In this document: piece by piece, positions 1 through 14,372 of the stretch
Numbering within the stretch: the stretch's first letter is position 1
How the letters are laid out: each line of letters begins with the position of its first letter
Position numbers and translations under genes: made by a program
DNA from: Chrysomallon squamiferum
Taxonomy: Eukaryota > Animalia > Mollusca
DNA length: 64,000 nt
Assembly: GCA_012295275.1 (NCBI GenBank)
Contig: CM022669.1
Location: 17,918,001 to 17,982,000, forward strand
Reading direction: 5' to 3'
The notes under the pieces: model-generated
The model's input: the letters and a program-made list of their open reading frames with translations, nothing else
Told to the model about the DNA's origin: nothing
Database searches by the model: none

Positions 1-2314
1 TGATTTCCTACCCTCTCTCTAAACAGATATATTAAAAAAAAAAAAAAATTAAAAAATTAAAAAGAACAACACTTATCTATCTATCATACTGAGAGTACTT
101 CTAACATTACAAATACAAATGATTTCTCTGACATTCAGTCTGAGCTATACGTGACTTAATGATCTAAACTCAAAATCTAAGTCAGAACATTCTGTAAGTA
201 AAAGTCACGAGGCTTAAGAGCAGATTATCAGATAAATGTCAAGTTAAGAGTGAGGGGAACTGCTCGCTCTTAATGATTGCTTCTGAATCTTTTATTAGCA
301 CTGTGTTTGCTGGCAGCTCTGTTTAATGAAATTCTATCACATGGACATTACCGAGCAGAATGGCATGCATGTGTGTAATTTAATAAAATATGTAATGTGA
401 GTATATGCATGTATGTGTGTATGAATGCATGTGTGTATATATTTATATATGTGTGTGTGTGTGTTAAGATTTGTAATAACGTGCCTATACGAATGTTCTT
501 ATGTGTATGTTTATATCTGTAATAACATTCACAAAATAAGAATACTTGAACATAATTTAAATATTAATAAAAATTTTAAAATACATGTAGAAGTGAAAAA
601 CAAATGTTTTATGCACATGGCAGTAACACATACTAACATGCATGACTGTACAACAGATTACCACTATTTCACACAAACACATATTCAGTTTCCTCTACTT
701 TTAACCAGCATACAAACATTCACATGCACCAAAAATTATCAAATATATTTACACAAGACTACAGAGGACAAATAATCAAAAATCAATATATTAATATGAC
801 AAAACTTATACAACTCACACACACAATACACACTACACACACCAAACACCCCCACCCACAATACACACACATACACTATAATGCTCAAAACAGAAAAACT
901 TGCTAATGAATTAATATATAATCATCACTGAATAACTACAGCATGCTATCCGACAAATATTAATAACACATTTAGACATTTTAAATGCTACAGCTGTCAT
1001 ACAAGTTGGTGTTAAAACATTTTTTTCTGCCATGCAAAAATCTTTTTCATTAAATCATTAAAACAGATTCAGTGAAAAAAAAAAAAAAAAAAAATTGTTT
1101 AAAATTATGAAGCTATAAGTTAGCATCTAGGAAAGATTATTAATTTATAAAAATCTGGAATTGATTAAATGCATAAAGAATACTGTGTGATCATATGAAA
1201 ATCATTCACATACACGGTATGTCATGAAATGCATGTGCAAACTTGTATATTAATATACAAATATATTATATTTAGTATCTCGTATGGAAATATTAATTTT
1301 AAATGAATACTTTAAATTTACTAACCAATTTCCTGCTACTAATTAATCATAATTCACAAGTTTTATGTGAAAATTAAGTTCCTTACTGAACCAAATGTTC
1401 ATTCTCACACCTGTTTTTTTTTTTTTTTTATATACCTTTTTCTTTCATAACACTGCTAAAAATAAATATCCAGAAATAACAAATTATGAGATAACATGAC
1501 CCAGCTGCAGAAACAATTTTCCAAATTTTATCGATCTAAAAAATGTTTTTTTTAAAAATCCAAAAAATATTAATTTGAAAATGCAAAACCAAAAAAAAAA
1601 AAAAAGAAAAGAAAATGGTTAGAAAGTTCATTTTCAAAGGGATTTTCAAAACAAGACGAGTTTTGTCTGTGGGAACTATTGCAATCCTGTGAAGGATTTT
1701 AAACTGGTATTGGAAATATGGTAAAGTAACCAACAGAAATTAGGCAGTATTGCACAGGATGTTTACTCATGAAATTGGCGAGATGAATAAATCCACTTGA
1801 TTCAACAAATGTTCAGTATACAAGTGAAAGCTCTGTCAGGGCAGTTCATAAGCTTACAAGAGAGGTGGTGTTGCTCCATTTTCAATATTTGCTAAAATTA
1901 TAGAAAACTGAAGATTTTACATGATGTAATGTAGGGTTGCTGTTGTTTTCTTACATATAAAACAGATGATTTTTCTAGGAATTCCACATCTAATTTTCTA
2001 TACTTTGGGGTTTTGGGTGATTTTTTAATTTTTAATTTTGTTTGTTTTTTGATGTTTTGTTTTATGTATATCTGCATGTTTGTGTGTGTGTGTTTTCTTT
2101 ATATGGTTATTTTCTTGATGGAGATAGTACTAAAAATATTGTAGAATTACAATGGGATATAGAAAAAAAGCAACAGATATTTCTTATAAAGTAAAAATAT
2201 ACACTGTCTATGACAAACAATCCTGATCTTTATTTGCTATACTGATTAAAAACTCAAATAAAATTAAATAAATACTAAATTTAAATAATAAATAAATATA
2301 ATATTTACTCACTA

Positions 2315-2347
<33 letters not shown>

Positions 2348-4362
2348 ACAGATAAAGGAAGGGGAAACATAACCATGCTTCAGCTAAGCTCCATTTTTGT
2401 TCAGTCCCAAAATAACAACTGGTTTCCAAGGATAAAAACAATGCTAGAACAATTTTATTAATGTTGGAGAAGGAGAAATTGCTGCAACATTAAAAAGTTT
2501 CACAATTCCTGTCCTTCCTTGATGTGTTAAGTGCCACAAGTCACAAAGGGGTGTAACTCTCTGATAGTGGATAACTCCTGAAATTGTTTGGCCAAACAAA
2601 GCTTTAGCAGAATACTTTTTTCTTTCTTTTTTCTAATTCTTTTTTCTTTTTCTTTTTCAGTTAAATAAGAATCTTTAAATGAGAAAAGTAAACACCCAAG
2701 TTGCACTCCTTCAGAAAAAAAAGAAAAAACCCCAAGGTGTTGCAGTTTGTCTTAGAAATCAACAGAACATGGAAAATTTGTAGAGTACAGATGTAAAAAC
2801 AAAAGTCTGTAACTAGTATTTTCTTCACAGTTCTTTCAGTTATTCAGCATATTTAAATAATAATAATAATAAAATTATCAGACATCTTAATGTATTTAAT
2901 AAATGAACTTAAATATATTCTTTTACACAAGGAATAAGACCTGGAAAAATTCAGTAAACATATTAGAATCTAACATTATATAAGAAAATTTATAATAATA
3001 ATGTTTAATCTCACAAAAACAATAAATATGTATTTATAACTATTTTTTTTAGAAACTGACAAAACATTCTGAAAATTCTGAATTTATTTTACTTAAAAAG
3101 GGATATATACTCTATGTAGATTTCTAAATACAATTTTCTTTTTTAATTTTGTGTGTGTGTGTGTGTTTGAAGAAATGAATATTGTGTAAGTATATTTTGG
3201 ACAAACAGAAAAGAGATTATCCCCAAAAGCTCTGCTCTCTTACTTCTTGAATAAAATCATCATCTGATGAAACTACAAAAGCCTAAAAGGGATATTAACA
3301 CAAAAATGTTTCTGTTTTTTCAGTTCAGTGAAATTTAGTTAGTTTAAATTACCTTCTAGTTTATTTAAGTAATACCATTTTGCATTTCGCTGACTGCAAG
3401 AATTCATGTATGTAATCATTCACATATGTAAAATTATGCCTGTAAATTTGTAACAACACAAATGTTAGAAACATTACAACAATGTACAGTATATAAGTTG
3501 CAACAATTTCTGCTCTGTCTGCAATATATTAGTGTTCTGCATAAAAAAAAAAAATAAATAAATAAAACTTGCACATGACTACAACTAATAAAAGCAAGAA
3601 CTGAAGCAGAAGTTTGTATTTATGATAAAATCGGGAAGGTTATTAACAACTAAATTCAACCTGACAGAAAGGAAAATAGAGAGTAAGGGAACAAAAATTG
3701 AAGTAATTGTTTTGCTTTGCTTGTTAAAACAGAACATAGCTGACTGAAAATATAATACATCATTGTTACATCTAAGTAATGCTAGATGAGGTTTATATGT
3801 AAAACTAATAAAAAATAACAATTTTGACATTATATGTAGATATTCTTTACAAATTATACTACACTTCTTATTTTTATTCTAAAATGAATAATGAATAAAT
3901 ATACTTTAATATTTGCAGTTTTGGAGTATCATATGTATTTTCTGATGATTTATACCAATGATAAAAATGAAAAAAACTGACACTCCACTTTATTTCTCCT
4001 CTCATTAGCAGCAAGGAATGTTTGTCAACCTTCTCATTGATGTGAAAATGCAAACTTAAATAAACTACCATCATGGCACATAGTTAACCAGAACTGGAAG
4101 TAGCCTGTTAAGGTGATTGACGGTTCAATGCTGTTCAGATTTCTATTTCTCTTTCAAGATGCTGGATGTATGACATGATAGTCACCTATATTGAAAACTG
4201 TATTTAATACTGGAATAGGTATAACATGTTTGTTAGTGATACTGAAAGATTCCAGGGGTGGCTGAACAACATGAATTGTTGTACCCCATGAGTCATAAGT
4301 AAATGAAGAAAACATTTTCATAACTAGATCTCAGTTACCTGCTTTATATATGTATATGTATG

Positions 4363-4396
<34 letters not shown>

Positions 4397-4442
4397 TATA
4401 TAGATAGATAGATAGGTAGATAGAGATAAATAGATACATACA

Positions 4443-4475
<33 letters not shown>

Positions 4476-4489
4476 GTGTATATATGTAT

Positions 4490-4815
4490 GTATGTAGTTT
4501 AGGATTTTGAATATTCTGTCTTATGTGCATCTGATTAGACTCTGCACATAGACAATACTCTGGAACGCACTGGTGCAGGAGGACAAAGTCCAATCACATC
4601 CTCACAAACCTGTCAGATGCCACTGACAAGACTTGAACTAATGGCACATACATAACATGTACATATGTATGTATGTATGTCTGTGCCATTAGTTTCAGCC
4701 ATCTGACAAATGATTGGACTTTGTCCTCTATGTGCATTCCCAAATATAGTTTATGTGCAGAATCTAATCAGACATACATAAATCAGAGAATATTCAAAAT
4801 CCTAAACTACATATA
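4490..4815. mobile_element. Foldback/MITE-like long imperfect inverted repeat in the DAPK intron
   Basis: Nested reverse-complement pairs around a centre near 4660: TGTAGTTTAGGATTTTGAATATTCT / AGAATATTCAAAATCCTAAACTACA; GAGGACAAAGTCCAATCA / TGATTGGACTTTGTCCTC; AACTAATGGCACA / TGTGCCATTAGTT. Confidence 0.65.
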
Positions 4816-5762
4816 TACATATATACACATATACTTGTTACATAAATATTTTACTGAATTTCAGCTAGAAAAATATCCTTTGATAACAGACAGTTAAATA
4901 AACTAGGCAGAACTGAGAAATATACTAGGTATGTATGCTTGAATAGACATTTGTCAAGCCACTAATTTATTGGATGGATGAATGGATGGATGGATAATCA
5001 TGGAATGTAAAAATAAAACATTTAATCATGTTTAGCTTTTTTTTTCTTATTTTCTTTTATTATTATTATTATTATTACTTTTTGTTAGTTTAGTTTGTTT
5101 TTTTTTCTTAACAAATTACAAGCATTTAAATACACAAATTAAATCATTTTTCAATCAGCAACAATTTTTAAAGCAAACAAACAAATTGTCAGCAGTGTGG
5201 ACATTTGAAAGATGTCAATGAGTAATGATTATGCTGGTCAGTGAAGCAAGTGACATTTTAACACTAGTTCTACTCTACTTTCAAAACACAGCCCCAGGTC
5301 AGCTCATTACATTTAACAACAAGTCATACCATCCAAAGAAAGTACTGTATACTATAGAGTACGTATAGAGTACTTGTAATTTATAATTATTGCACTATGG
5401 CCCAAAGGCTGGACAATACTTGGATCGTATCCTGGTAGACTTTTATCTAGATTAATGGAAAGGTGTAAAAATGTAAATCTTTTTTAAAACATTCTAGGAT
5501 ATTAACAAACTCAGTTCACATATTTCATGTCCAAAATAAGACGTGAAAATTTTCACCATTTCATTAGAAGTTTCACACATGAATGTGCATAAACATTTCA
5601 GTATGAATATGGTATTTTTAAAGCCATCTAGATTTGTGGATGTTATGTCAAAAATAACACATGAAAATTCTGCTATTTTATAAAAAGCAAATTTAAGAAA
5701 GTATTTATTTATTTTATTTTATTTTATTATCACTATTAATGTTGTTGTTGTTGTTGTTGTTG

Positions 5763-5827
<65 letters not shown>

Positions 5828-5832
5828 CTTAC

Positions 5833-5883
<51 letters not shown>

Positions 5884-6285
5884 TTATCTTCTTCTTTTTT
5901 AATAGTATTTTGCTTGATATTTTATTTTTATGGTAAGTAACAAAACTGACAGGCAAACTAGATTCATGGTTTTTGTATTCAAATGAATCAAAGTAATGTG
6001 AAACAGGCCTTACATATAATATTGATAAATATTCATATAGAGCATGTGTGGATTTTTTTTATTTTTTTATTATTTATTTCTAATATTAATATTTATTTTG
6101 TTTTTGTTTTGTTTTGTTTTAATTGTTTTGTTTTTTTAAATATATAATTTAGCTAACATAAGTCAGTATCACAGGCAAAGAAAAGACAAATTATTGAAAT
6201 TTTGGTATTAACATTAAAAAAATGTACAGTCTATTTAAAATCTAAATCAGGGCATTGAATCATAACTTTATAAATATATATATAT

Positions 6286-6316
<31 letters not shown>

Positions 6317-8262
6317 ATTTATTTATTAAATACATAATTAATGGCTTTATTTACTTTTTTGTATCATACATATAACAACTGATGCAAGAATGATAAAAAT
6401 TACTGGATAAATCAGAATTATTAGACAGGTTTTAAAATTTAAAACAAAACTATTTTTTAAAAATGTTATTACTATTTTAGACTGACATTATTTGCTGGAA
6501 TGATAAAATAACCATTTACATTGCTGAATCAAAAGGAGAACACGCATTTATCTAACTAACTAACTACAGAACTAATTTAATAATGAAAGAAAAGGTTAGA
6601 AATCTTTCATTTCAATGTGTACATCATGATTCTAAAGCTAACAGTAAAACAGGTAACATTTAACTAAATGGCCAAAAACGGGCAAACTTGAGTCACAATG
6701 CAGATCATCAAAAACGTTTTATTTTCTAAGATTTCTGATTTCCAAATGACTAAGTATTGCAGGTAATCTCTTTCAAAAGTTGGTATATTCTATTACAAAA
6801 GCTTCTTTGTACATTTCAATAATATTTATATTGTTGAAGGGGATTATTCTGTCAATATTTATATTCGTTGATTTACCATGGAGAGCACTTGTTAAGCCAG
6901 TAGTATGTGGTTCTGTATCTGCTAGGTCAGTTCACAAACAATTAATTTTAAAATACTCTCTGAATATTTAAGCTATTAGGTTGACTATGAAGATAAGCTA
7001 AATGAGAAGGAATTTTTATTAGGCCACCTTGAAACTAATCTTGAATAATATCTATAGATTAAGAAATTCATCTGGATTCTATCTGCCCATTATTTCATTT
7101 CATTGGATTTTGTTCAGTGGTTAGAAAGGTCACAAAATCAGTTCTCTTCAGTTCACACATAAATTGGGTTATTATACACTGTGCCTCTAGCCTGGTACAA
7201 GCAAAAATTCTGGTATGTGCTTTCATGTGCACAGGACTCTATATGGAAATGGTGAAAATTAAAAGTGACGGCAAAGTTATTCTCACTCATAATCATTATA
7301 CACTGAAAACACATGACTGAAACCTAATAACGATTTTAGTAAATGAATATATAATTATGTTGCATTAATTCAATTGTCAAAAAAACAAAAATGTAATAAT
7401 AATCATAATTATAATAATTATCATAATAATAAAAGTAAATAAACAAATAAATAAAGGTTTATTTATTTTTTCTGAAACTTTAATGAACTTATTAAACAGA
7501 GACTAATTTAATTAGCTGATTCTCTGGATGTTTCTTATATTTTTTTTTTCTTTGGAATATTTAATAATTATTAATATACTGACTGGTTGAACATTATGAA
7601 TGTAAAACTGACAATGACTATTCAGTAACATGATTTATGAAGCATATCTTTGTGTCATTTAAAAATTAAATATTTAAGTGGCTTTTCATTCCTATATATA
7701 TATATATATATATAAAAAAAAAAAGGATTTGATATTGTCAGAACTGCCAAACATTCCAGATAATGAATAAAGGTATCTTACATGGTAGGTAATTTTTAAT
7801 TTCTATTGACAGCTTGCTTACATATAAAAAAAAAACATTTTTCAGCCATTCTGTCAGAATTTCATTCAAATCAATAACACAAATTATAATAATAAAGCAT
7901 TAATAAAAAAAAAAAAAAACCTAAAAATTTGTGTGTGTGTGTGTGTGTGTATGTGCATGTATGTATGCATTATATGGGTTTTTAATTATTATTATTTGTG
8001 GTACTGACTTGAATCAAATTGACAGAAGGGATTAATAAAAAAATGATATATTATAAATATCAATCAGCTAATCAGCTGTGAACAGGTGCATTTGACATTA
8101 ATGACAAAGAATGAAGGTAAATCTATTGACTAATTTATATACAGATATTTTTAATACATTGTAAAAATTATTGTAAAAGAGAGTATTTAAAAAGCATACA
8201 TATTTAATTAATAATTTTTTTTTTTGTGTTATACTTCTAGTCTTTACTGATATTATTATTAG

Positions 8263-8296
<34 letters not shown>

Positions 8297-10541
8297 TATT
8301 ATTATTATTATTATTATAAAACAAGTTAATAAATCATAGTATTCTTTACTAACTGAAGTCAGACCAAACAAACATAAAGAATATTTAGATACATTCCCAA
8401 ATCTATAAAAGTATAATAAATTATTTACTATTACATATTATCATTTTACAAAAATATGTTTATTTTTAAACTGCTTCTGCTTCTGTTTCTGCATAATGTT
8501 TATACAATAGAGACACATACGATATGAAAGAAAAAACTATACATCAGTGTAGTATTATAGTAAAATGATCTAAATTACATCTTGAGTTCGTAATAATCAC
8601 ACACACACACACACAGACAGAGACTGGTAACAAATGATGACCAGGTCAGTGTGTCCAGACTGTACAACAAGATAAGATACTTGTAAATATAATTTATCAC
8701 AGCTGTAATGAGATGACTATATAAGCACTGTTATCAAATCGTACACCAAATATGAAATGGCCTCTCACCAATACATCATGTATTATACAAATATACAACA
8801 AAGATACAAACATAACTACCTTTCTATAAACATTCATATATACACACAAACACATGTACACACCTACAAAGACAGGCACACATAAACATATGCATAACTA
8901 TGTATATATACATCTATAAACACATACCTAATATACATGCATACATACACATATACACACTGACATATATACATACATATATACTCACATGCACACAAAT
9001 ACATACATGCATACATGGACACACACATCCATCCATCCATCCATATACATACAATTATACACACATTTAACATTAATTATAATAGGGAGTAGTATGCTCT
9101 GAGGCCTACAATGTCAGTGTGTACCGACCGACAGTAACTGTGTTGACCAGGTCAGTATGTCCAGAGTGCACCAAACCACAGAAATGCCAATAAGGCTTTG
9201 ATCAATGACACATGGTGGCCAACAAGTTTGGCTTCACTGTGTTAACCTTGGCTTATTGACCATGTTGACAAAACTGCCACTTCTTTCAGCATTTCAAACA
9301 TTCACGTTTTCAAAGTAAAAGTAGAAAACATACAGTGTTTTTCTCTCTTGATCTGTATGTTACCCAGTTCCAGCAACAGTTTGAAAAGGCTTTCTATTTA
9401 AAGTATATTTAAAATACTATTGCTACTACTACTACTACTATTAATATTATTAGTTATTAAAGTTAAGTATACTGAAAAATTAAACAGATTAAATTAATAA
9501 AATAAAGACAAAATAAAACATTATATAAGTCATTTAATAACTGTATTTAAATCGTATTTTCAGAAGGATTTTCATAGTAGTCTCTCTCTCTTGATATACA
9601 TACGTATATATATTTATACACACACATGCACACTTACCCATCTGTATGCAATATACATATGCACATACAAACATACAGACATACAATTATGAAAACTATA
9701 ATAACCATTCTGATTAAAACTGTATTAGTAATCTATTAAAAATAATATAAATAAAAAATACTCAAAATATTTCATAAACTTTTATACCAATACTGTGATG
9801 TGATCAAATTCATAGCAAATCCAAGTATTCTAGGACCAGCTAATGTGAGTTTGTTGCTTATAAGATATCATATAGGTAATTGATTTTTTAAAATCAGAAT
9901 TAGGGCATTAAAATAAAAAATGTTCTAAGATTGAATACATAATTATATTTAGGTGTGGTTACTCAAAAAAAAAAAAAAAATAATAATAATAAAAAAAAAA
10001 AAAAAAAAACAACCCAAAACACGTATTTTTAAACAAATAAAAATAAGTAAATATGCAAATTTTAAAATTTAATAATGTCAAATTTATTAATTTGAATACG
10101 TGTATGTGCTCTCGCTTTGTGATGATATGATTACTGTAGGTCTGCATCAAAGATTAACTGCAAACTGAAATTTAATTTTTGAATTTAATTAATAAATGCC
10201 AAAGCACATCTACAATAAGGTTTGTGTACACATTTGTTTATGTTTCATTATATTACACATTTCCTCTGGTTCCTAGTGTTAACTGTGCCATTAAACTTAA
10301 GATAAATTTAATGATTTGTGTTCGTCTAATAATAAATCATTAATTAATTAAATGCGCACTGACAGTGACACACGTCTAATTAAAAAAAAAAAAAAAAAAA
10401 AAAATATGTAATAAAACTTGACAATATAAAAATAAATGGAGATGAGAGTATTTCAATTAATTTTTTTTAATTTTCTGTATGTCACAAAAGGAAATAGTTA
10501 TTGAGACTTGTCCCTTACATTACGTTTAATGAAAACATTAC

Positions 10542-10600
10542 CTCCCGATCTGTTCACCAACTTCGTAATCGTCTTCGAAAGAGCCCTGATTAAACTCCAT
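10542..10600 (-). CDS. DAPK: First coding exon of a death-associated protein kinase (DAPK family); no further exon recognised in this window
   Basis: The minus strand reads aaaATG GAG TTT AAT CAG GGC TCT TTC GAA GAC GAT TAC GAA GTT GGT GAA CAG ATC GGG AG|gtaatg = MEFNQGSFEDDYEVGEQIG(S). This matches the DAPK1 N-terminus [21 protein letters not shown], with a phase-2 donor just before the GxF Gly-rich loop. No next exon (GQFA...) was recognised in 1-10541. Confidence 0.75.
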
Positions 10601-11783
10601 TTTACAACATCAGAAACAGGCTTTATGTTAAACATAACTGCCGATCTTTAAATACTGTATCCTCCAGTGTACCATGACCATAACTGATTTAAAATTACAT
10701 TCTAATTAACACAATGTACAATCGTACTCCTATGTTTATTTGCCGTGGTGGTGACGGCAAGTTTGTTCTGAAAGTTTGCGATCGATGTTTATCATCTGCT
10801 AAAACAGTCTGGTGGAAATGACAAGTGCTTGTTCATTGGATGAAATTTAACACAAAACTAACGATATTTAAAAACTATTTCGAAACATTTAAGGATATAT
10901 TTTATTTACAGGTATTTATATGGATCAATGTTTCAGAAATAATACAATTAATTAAATATAAATAATCAAAAAAGTTTTGATTATACGGTGTATTCTGCTA
11001 ACAGTAAATAAGCCACCATTAGGTATAATATCCCAAACACCAAATTGCCGGAAACAGCCGAATACGACAGTAATTTCAAGTTGTTATTTTTCTTTAAACA
11101 GACTTTGAAATATATATGTTTTTTATTTACTAAGTTTATTAACTTGTGTTTACTGAAGTTATATTAAGCTATATATAATTTTATCCAAGTCAAACAACAA
11201 TACGTTGTCACCGGATGTTTCTTGTTTACAGTCCGTAATTATATGGTTAAAATTAATATTAAGACGACCCAGGGGATGGGTAAACAAATATATTAACTAT
11301 AGTAGTGCTACCAGTAATAGTAGCAATGGTAATGGTAGTATAGTAGTAGTAGTGGTAGTAGTAGCAGAATAAGTAATAATAATAGTAGTGATAGTAGAAG
11401 AAGTAATAATACATGTTGTAATAGTAATTAACAGCGGGTAGTGGTAGTAGTTGTTGTTGTAGTAGTAATAGTAGCAGTAACGATTGAAGTAGTGATTAGA
11501 AAGATTAGTAGTAGCACTATAATTAATAGTAATGTTAGAGGCAGCAGAAGAAGCTGAAGAAATTATCTAATCTCCCCCAATTTTTTTTTAAAGTAATACT
11601 ACCATTCGCTGCAGGTTCTCAAAATAATATCCGAAGAACAAGATGAAAGCAGTACTAATACCGCTATGAGTAACAACGCCCATAAAGATATTTTGATTTA
11701 ACTTTGGCTTTTTGTCATTTGCTCATTGTCACATTATAGTTACACTTATTATTTAAAAATAATTAAATAACTATTAATAATGA

Positions 11784-11827
<44 letters not shown>

Positions 11828-11829
11828 TA

Positions 11830-11869
<40 letters not shown>

Positions 11870-12106
11870 TAATTTAAAGAAAGAGAGATAAGAAATAAAA
11901 TACTGAATATTTTAATTATTTAATCATTCGCTAAATTCCACATCGAGTCCTGTGTGACCTTCAACTTTTTTTAAAATATTGTTTAATTAATGAAACATTC
12001 AGTTTTCAAAGTATCTATGAAAATTTTTCTAAATCTCAATCTTAAATAACACGTTATTGAGTGTGTGCTTTTAGATCCAATGTAAATTGTATGCGGTGCT
12101 AAAAAA

Positions 12107-12190
12107 ATGGCTGACACATTGAGTCCGTTCGTCTTTTGGGGACAAAAAAGTGACTATGTCACATTAAAAGTAGATTTGCGAGATGTGATG
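12107..12190 (+). CDS. HACD3: HACD3 exon 1
   Basis: MADTLSPFVFWGQKSDYVTLKVDLRDVM then donor gtattc. Confidence 0.93.
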
Positions 12191-12797
12191 GTATTCATAT
12201 TTTAATGCACTAATTCACTTTTTACAATATAACACTGACAAAGAATGCAGACAATTTTAAAACTGTATACATTTAATTTAATGCTAAGTTATATCGGAAA
12301 TGAGGCCCGATATGGGTATTCCTATAGCATGTGAAACTATGTTACAATAATTTTAAATAATGTATAATGTCAGGAGCATTTATAATAAAATATCGCTGAT
12401 TTATTGGCTAAATATTCAATAGTTTTATACTAAAATGATGGAAATTAACGGTTAATATGTAATTTCTTGTCTGTGTGAGTTTCATTCCTTCATAATTTTG
12501 ACTGAGTAATCATGATCGTATACAGTAAATTGAGTAATACACTAGTGACTATACGATATAGTAAAACTCATAAATAATTAAATAATCCAAATCATAACAA
12601 CCTTTTTTTTTTTTCGTTTTGGTTATTAATATTATTCTGTTTCACTTATATTTTATATACTATGGTACTTGGAGGTGATTTAATTGTAAATATTTTCAAA
12701 ATCTCGACACATAATATACGTAATATTTGTTATATTATAAATTTACTTTACTTCAAAGCACATTGATTTGGGTTTTTTTCTTTTTTCTTTTTTCCAG

Positions 12798-12914
12798 GAT
12801 GAAGATGTTGATCTGGCAGAAGACAAAATTAGCTTCACAGCCCAAGGATTGGGATTAAAAGGAAACAACAAATACAGCTTTGAAATTTATTTTTATTTGC
12901 CAGTTGATCCAGAG
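12798..12914 (+). CDS. HACD3: HACD3 exon 2
   Basis: tttccag|DEDVDLAEDKISFTAQGLGLKGNNKYSFEIYFYLPVDPE|gtgtgt. Confidence 0.93.
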
Positions 12915-13514
12915 GTGTGTACATTAACAGAGTAACTGTAAAAAAACACCTATTAATGCAATTGCAGTTTTAAAACATTAATTTCTGTCGATTTATTTTA
13001 CACACAGAAATACATATATAACTTCGTAGCATTATTAATATCAGATACAATGATAAATCTTTTACCATATTCAAAAGTTAAAACAAATTAATCTTATTGG
13101 CATAACTGTTAAAGTAATTGTTTTTATTACTTTTTATGTCAGTTCATGTGTGAGTGTTACATTTTTAAAAACATTTTAAATGCACTGGATTGTGTGTCTG
13201 AATAAGAAATGTAGTTTGACTGTTATTTGTTTTTAAGTGAGAAATATCAGTGGAAATAATATATATAAATGTTTGTGTGTGTGTGTTTATTATTTTCTGT
13301 TTCATTTTATATGCTGTATTCAAGCTAGAAAATAAACTGAATAAAACCAAATTAATCTGTTATTCAATGAATCATAACATTTTTATTAATAGAATTATGA
13401 CTTATTTTGTATCTGCTATTTTTTTTTTTTTTTTTTTTAAATTTTAAAATTTTAAAATGTTTTTAATCTTTTTAATTTTTTTAAATATTTTTAATATTAT
13501 TTTAATGTTCCCAG

Positions 13515-13691
13515 AAAAGCAAATATCGAGTTACTGCAACAGGTGTTGAAATACGGATTGAAAAACAAGGAAAAGGAGAAGTGTGGCCTCGACTGACAGA
13601 GAAACAGATCAAATACCCATGGTTGAAAATTGACTTTGACAAATTTATGTTGGAAGAAGACACAGAGTCGGAGGAAGAGGCAGTGAAAAAT
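13515..13691 (+). CDS. HACD3: HACD3 exon 3
   Basis: cccag|KSKYRVTATGVEIRIEKQGKGEVWPRLTEKQIKYPWLKIDFDKFMLEEDTESEEEAVKN|gtaatt. Confidence 0.93.
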
Positions 13692-13998
13692 GTAATTCAG
13701 TTTCTTACAATTGTTGTTGTTGTTGTTGTAATGGTTTTGGTTTTGTATTGTTTTATTTTATTTTATTTTTTCATCTGTTATCATTATTATTATTGTTAAT
13801 ATTTTTGTTAGAATAATAATAATCATTATTATATTTATTACTATTTTATTTTTTTATTTGTTATTATTAATTTCATCATTATTCCTGTTAATATTATGAT
13901 TGTATTATTATTATTATCATTATTGTGATTGTTAACTTGTCAAATGTAAATATATTATTTTATTGATATGTTAAATCGTAACTTATGTTTTATATATA

Positions 13999-14042
<44 letters not shown>

Positions 14043-14311
14043 GAATATAGCTCCAAATTTAATTTAAAAACTGTAACAGGCAACTTAGTAATTTTACTTG
14101 TCTGGGAGGTGGAATTATTTATTTCTTAAATTAGCAAAATAAATAAACGTTCTAATGGCTAATGCACTGGATCTGTCTAGGTGACGTTGTCATTTGAATT
14201 GTTTTTATCAAGAAGAAATATTTGTAAATTAACAAATGCTGTAAACAGTTTATCTTTGTCCATTAGTAAAAAGAAAAATAGACACTAATACATTTTTTTT
14301 TTTTTTAACAG

Positions 14312-14372
14312 CAACAAGAAAAGGAAATGCTTGACAAAATAGAAAATGATTTAATGAAGGATCGAGAATCAG
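14312..14372 (+). CDS. HACD3: HACD3 exon 4
   Basis: poly-T..aacag|QQEKEMLDKIENDLMKDRES|gtatt; its phase-1 end is required to keep frame with exon 5. Confidence 0.88.

Noticed and set aside
425-9073. Short ORFs in the first 10 kb and similar ones elsewhere (e.g. 29758-30111, 35351-35732, 38740-39192, 45052-45542)
   Set aside because: They are translations of CA/TA/TTTA microsatellites (poly-HT, YI, FIYL), without coding complexity or exon context.
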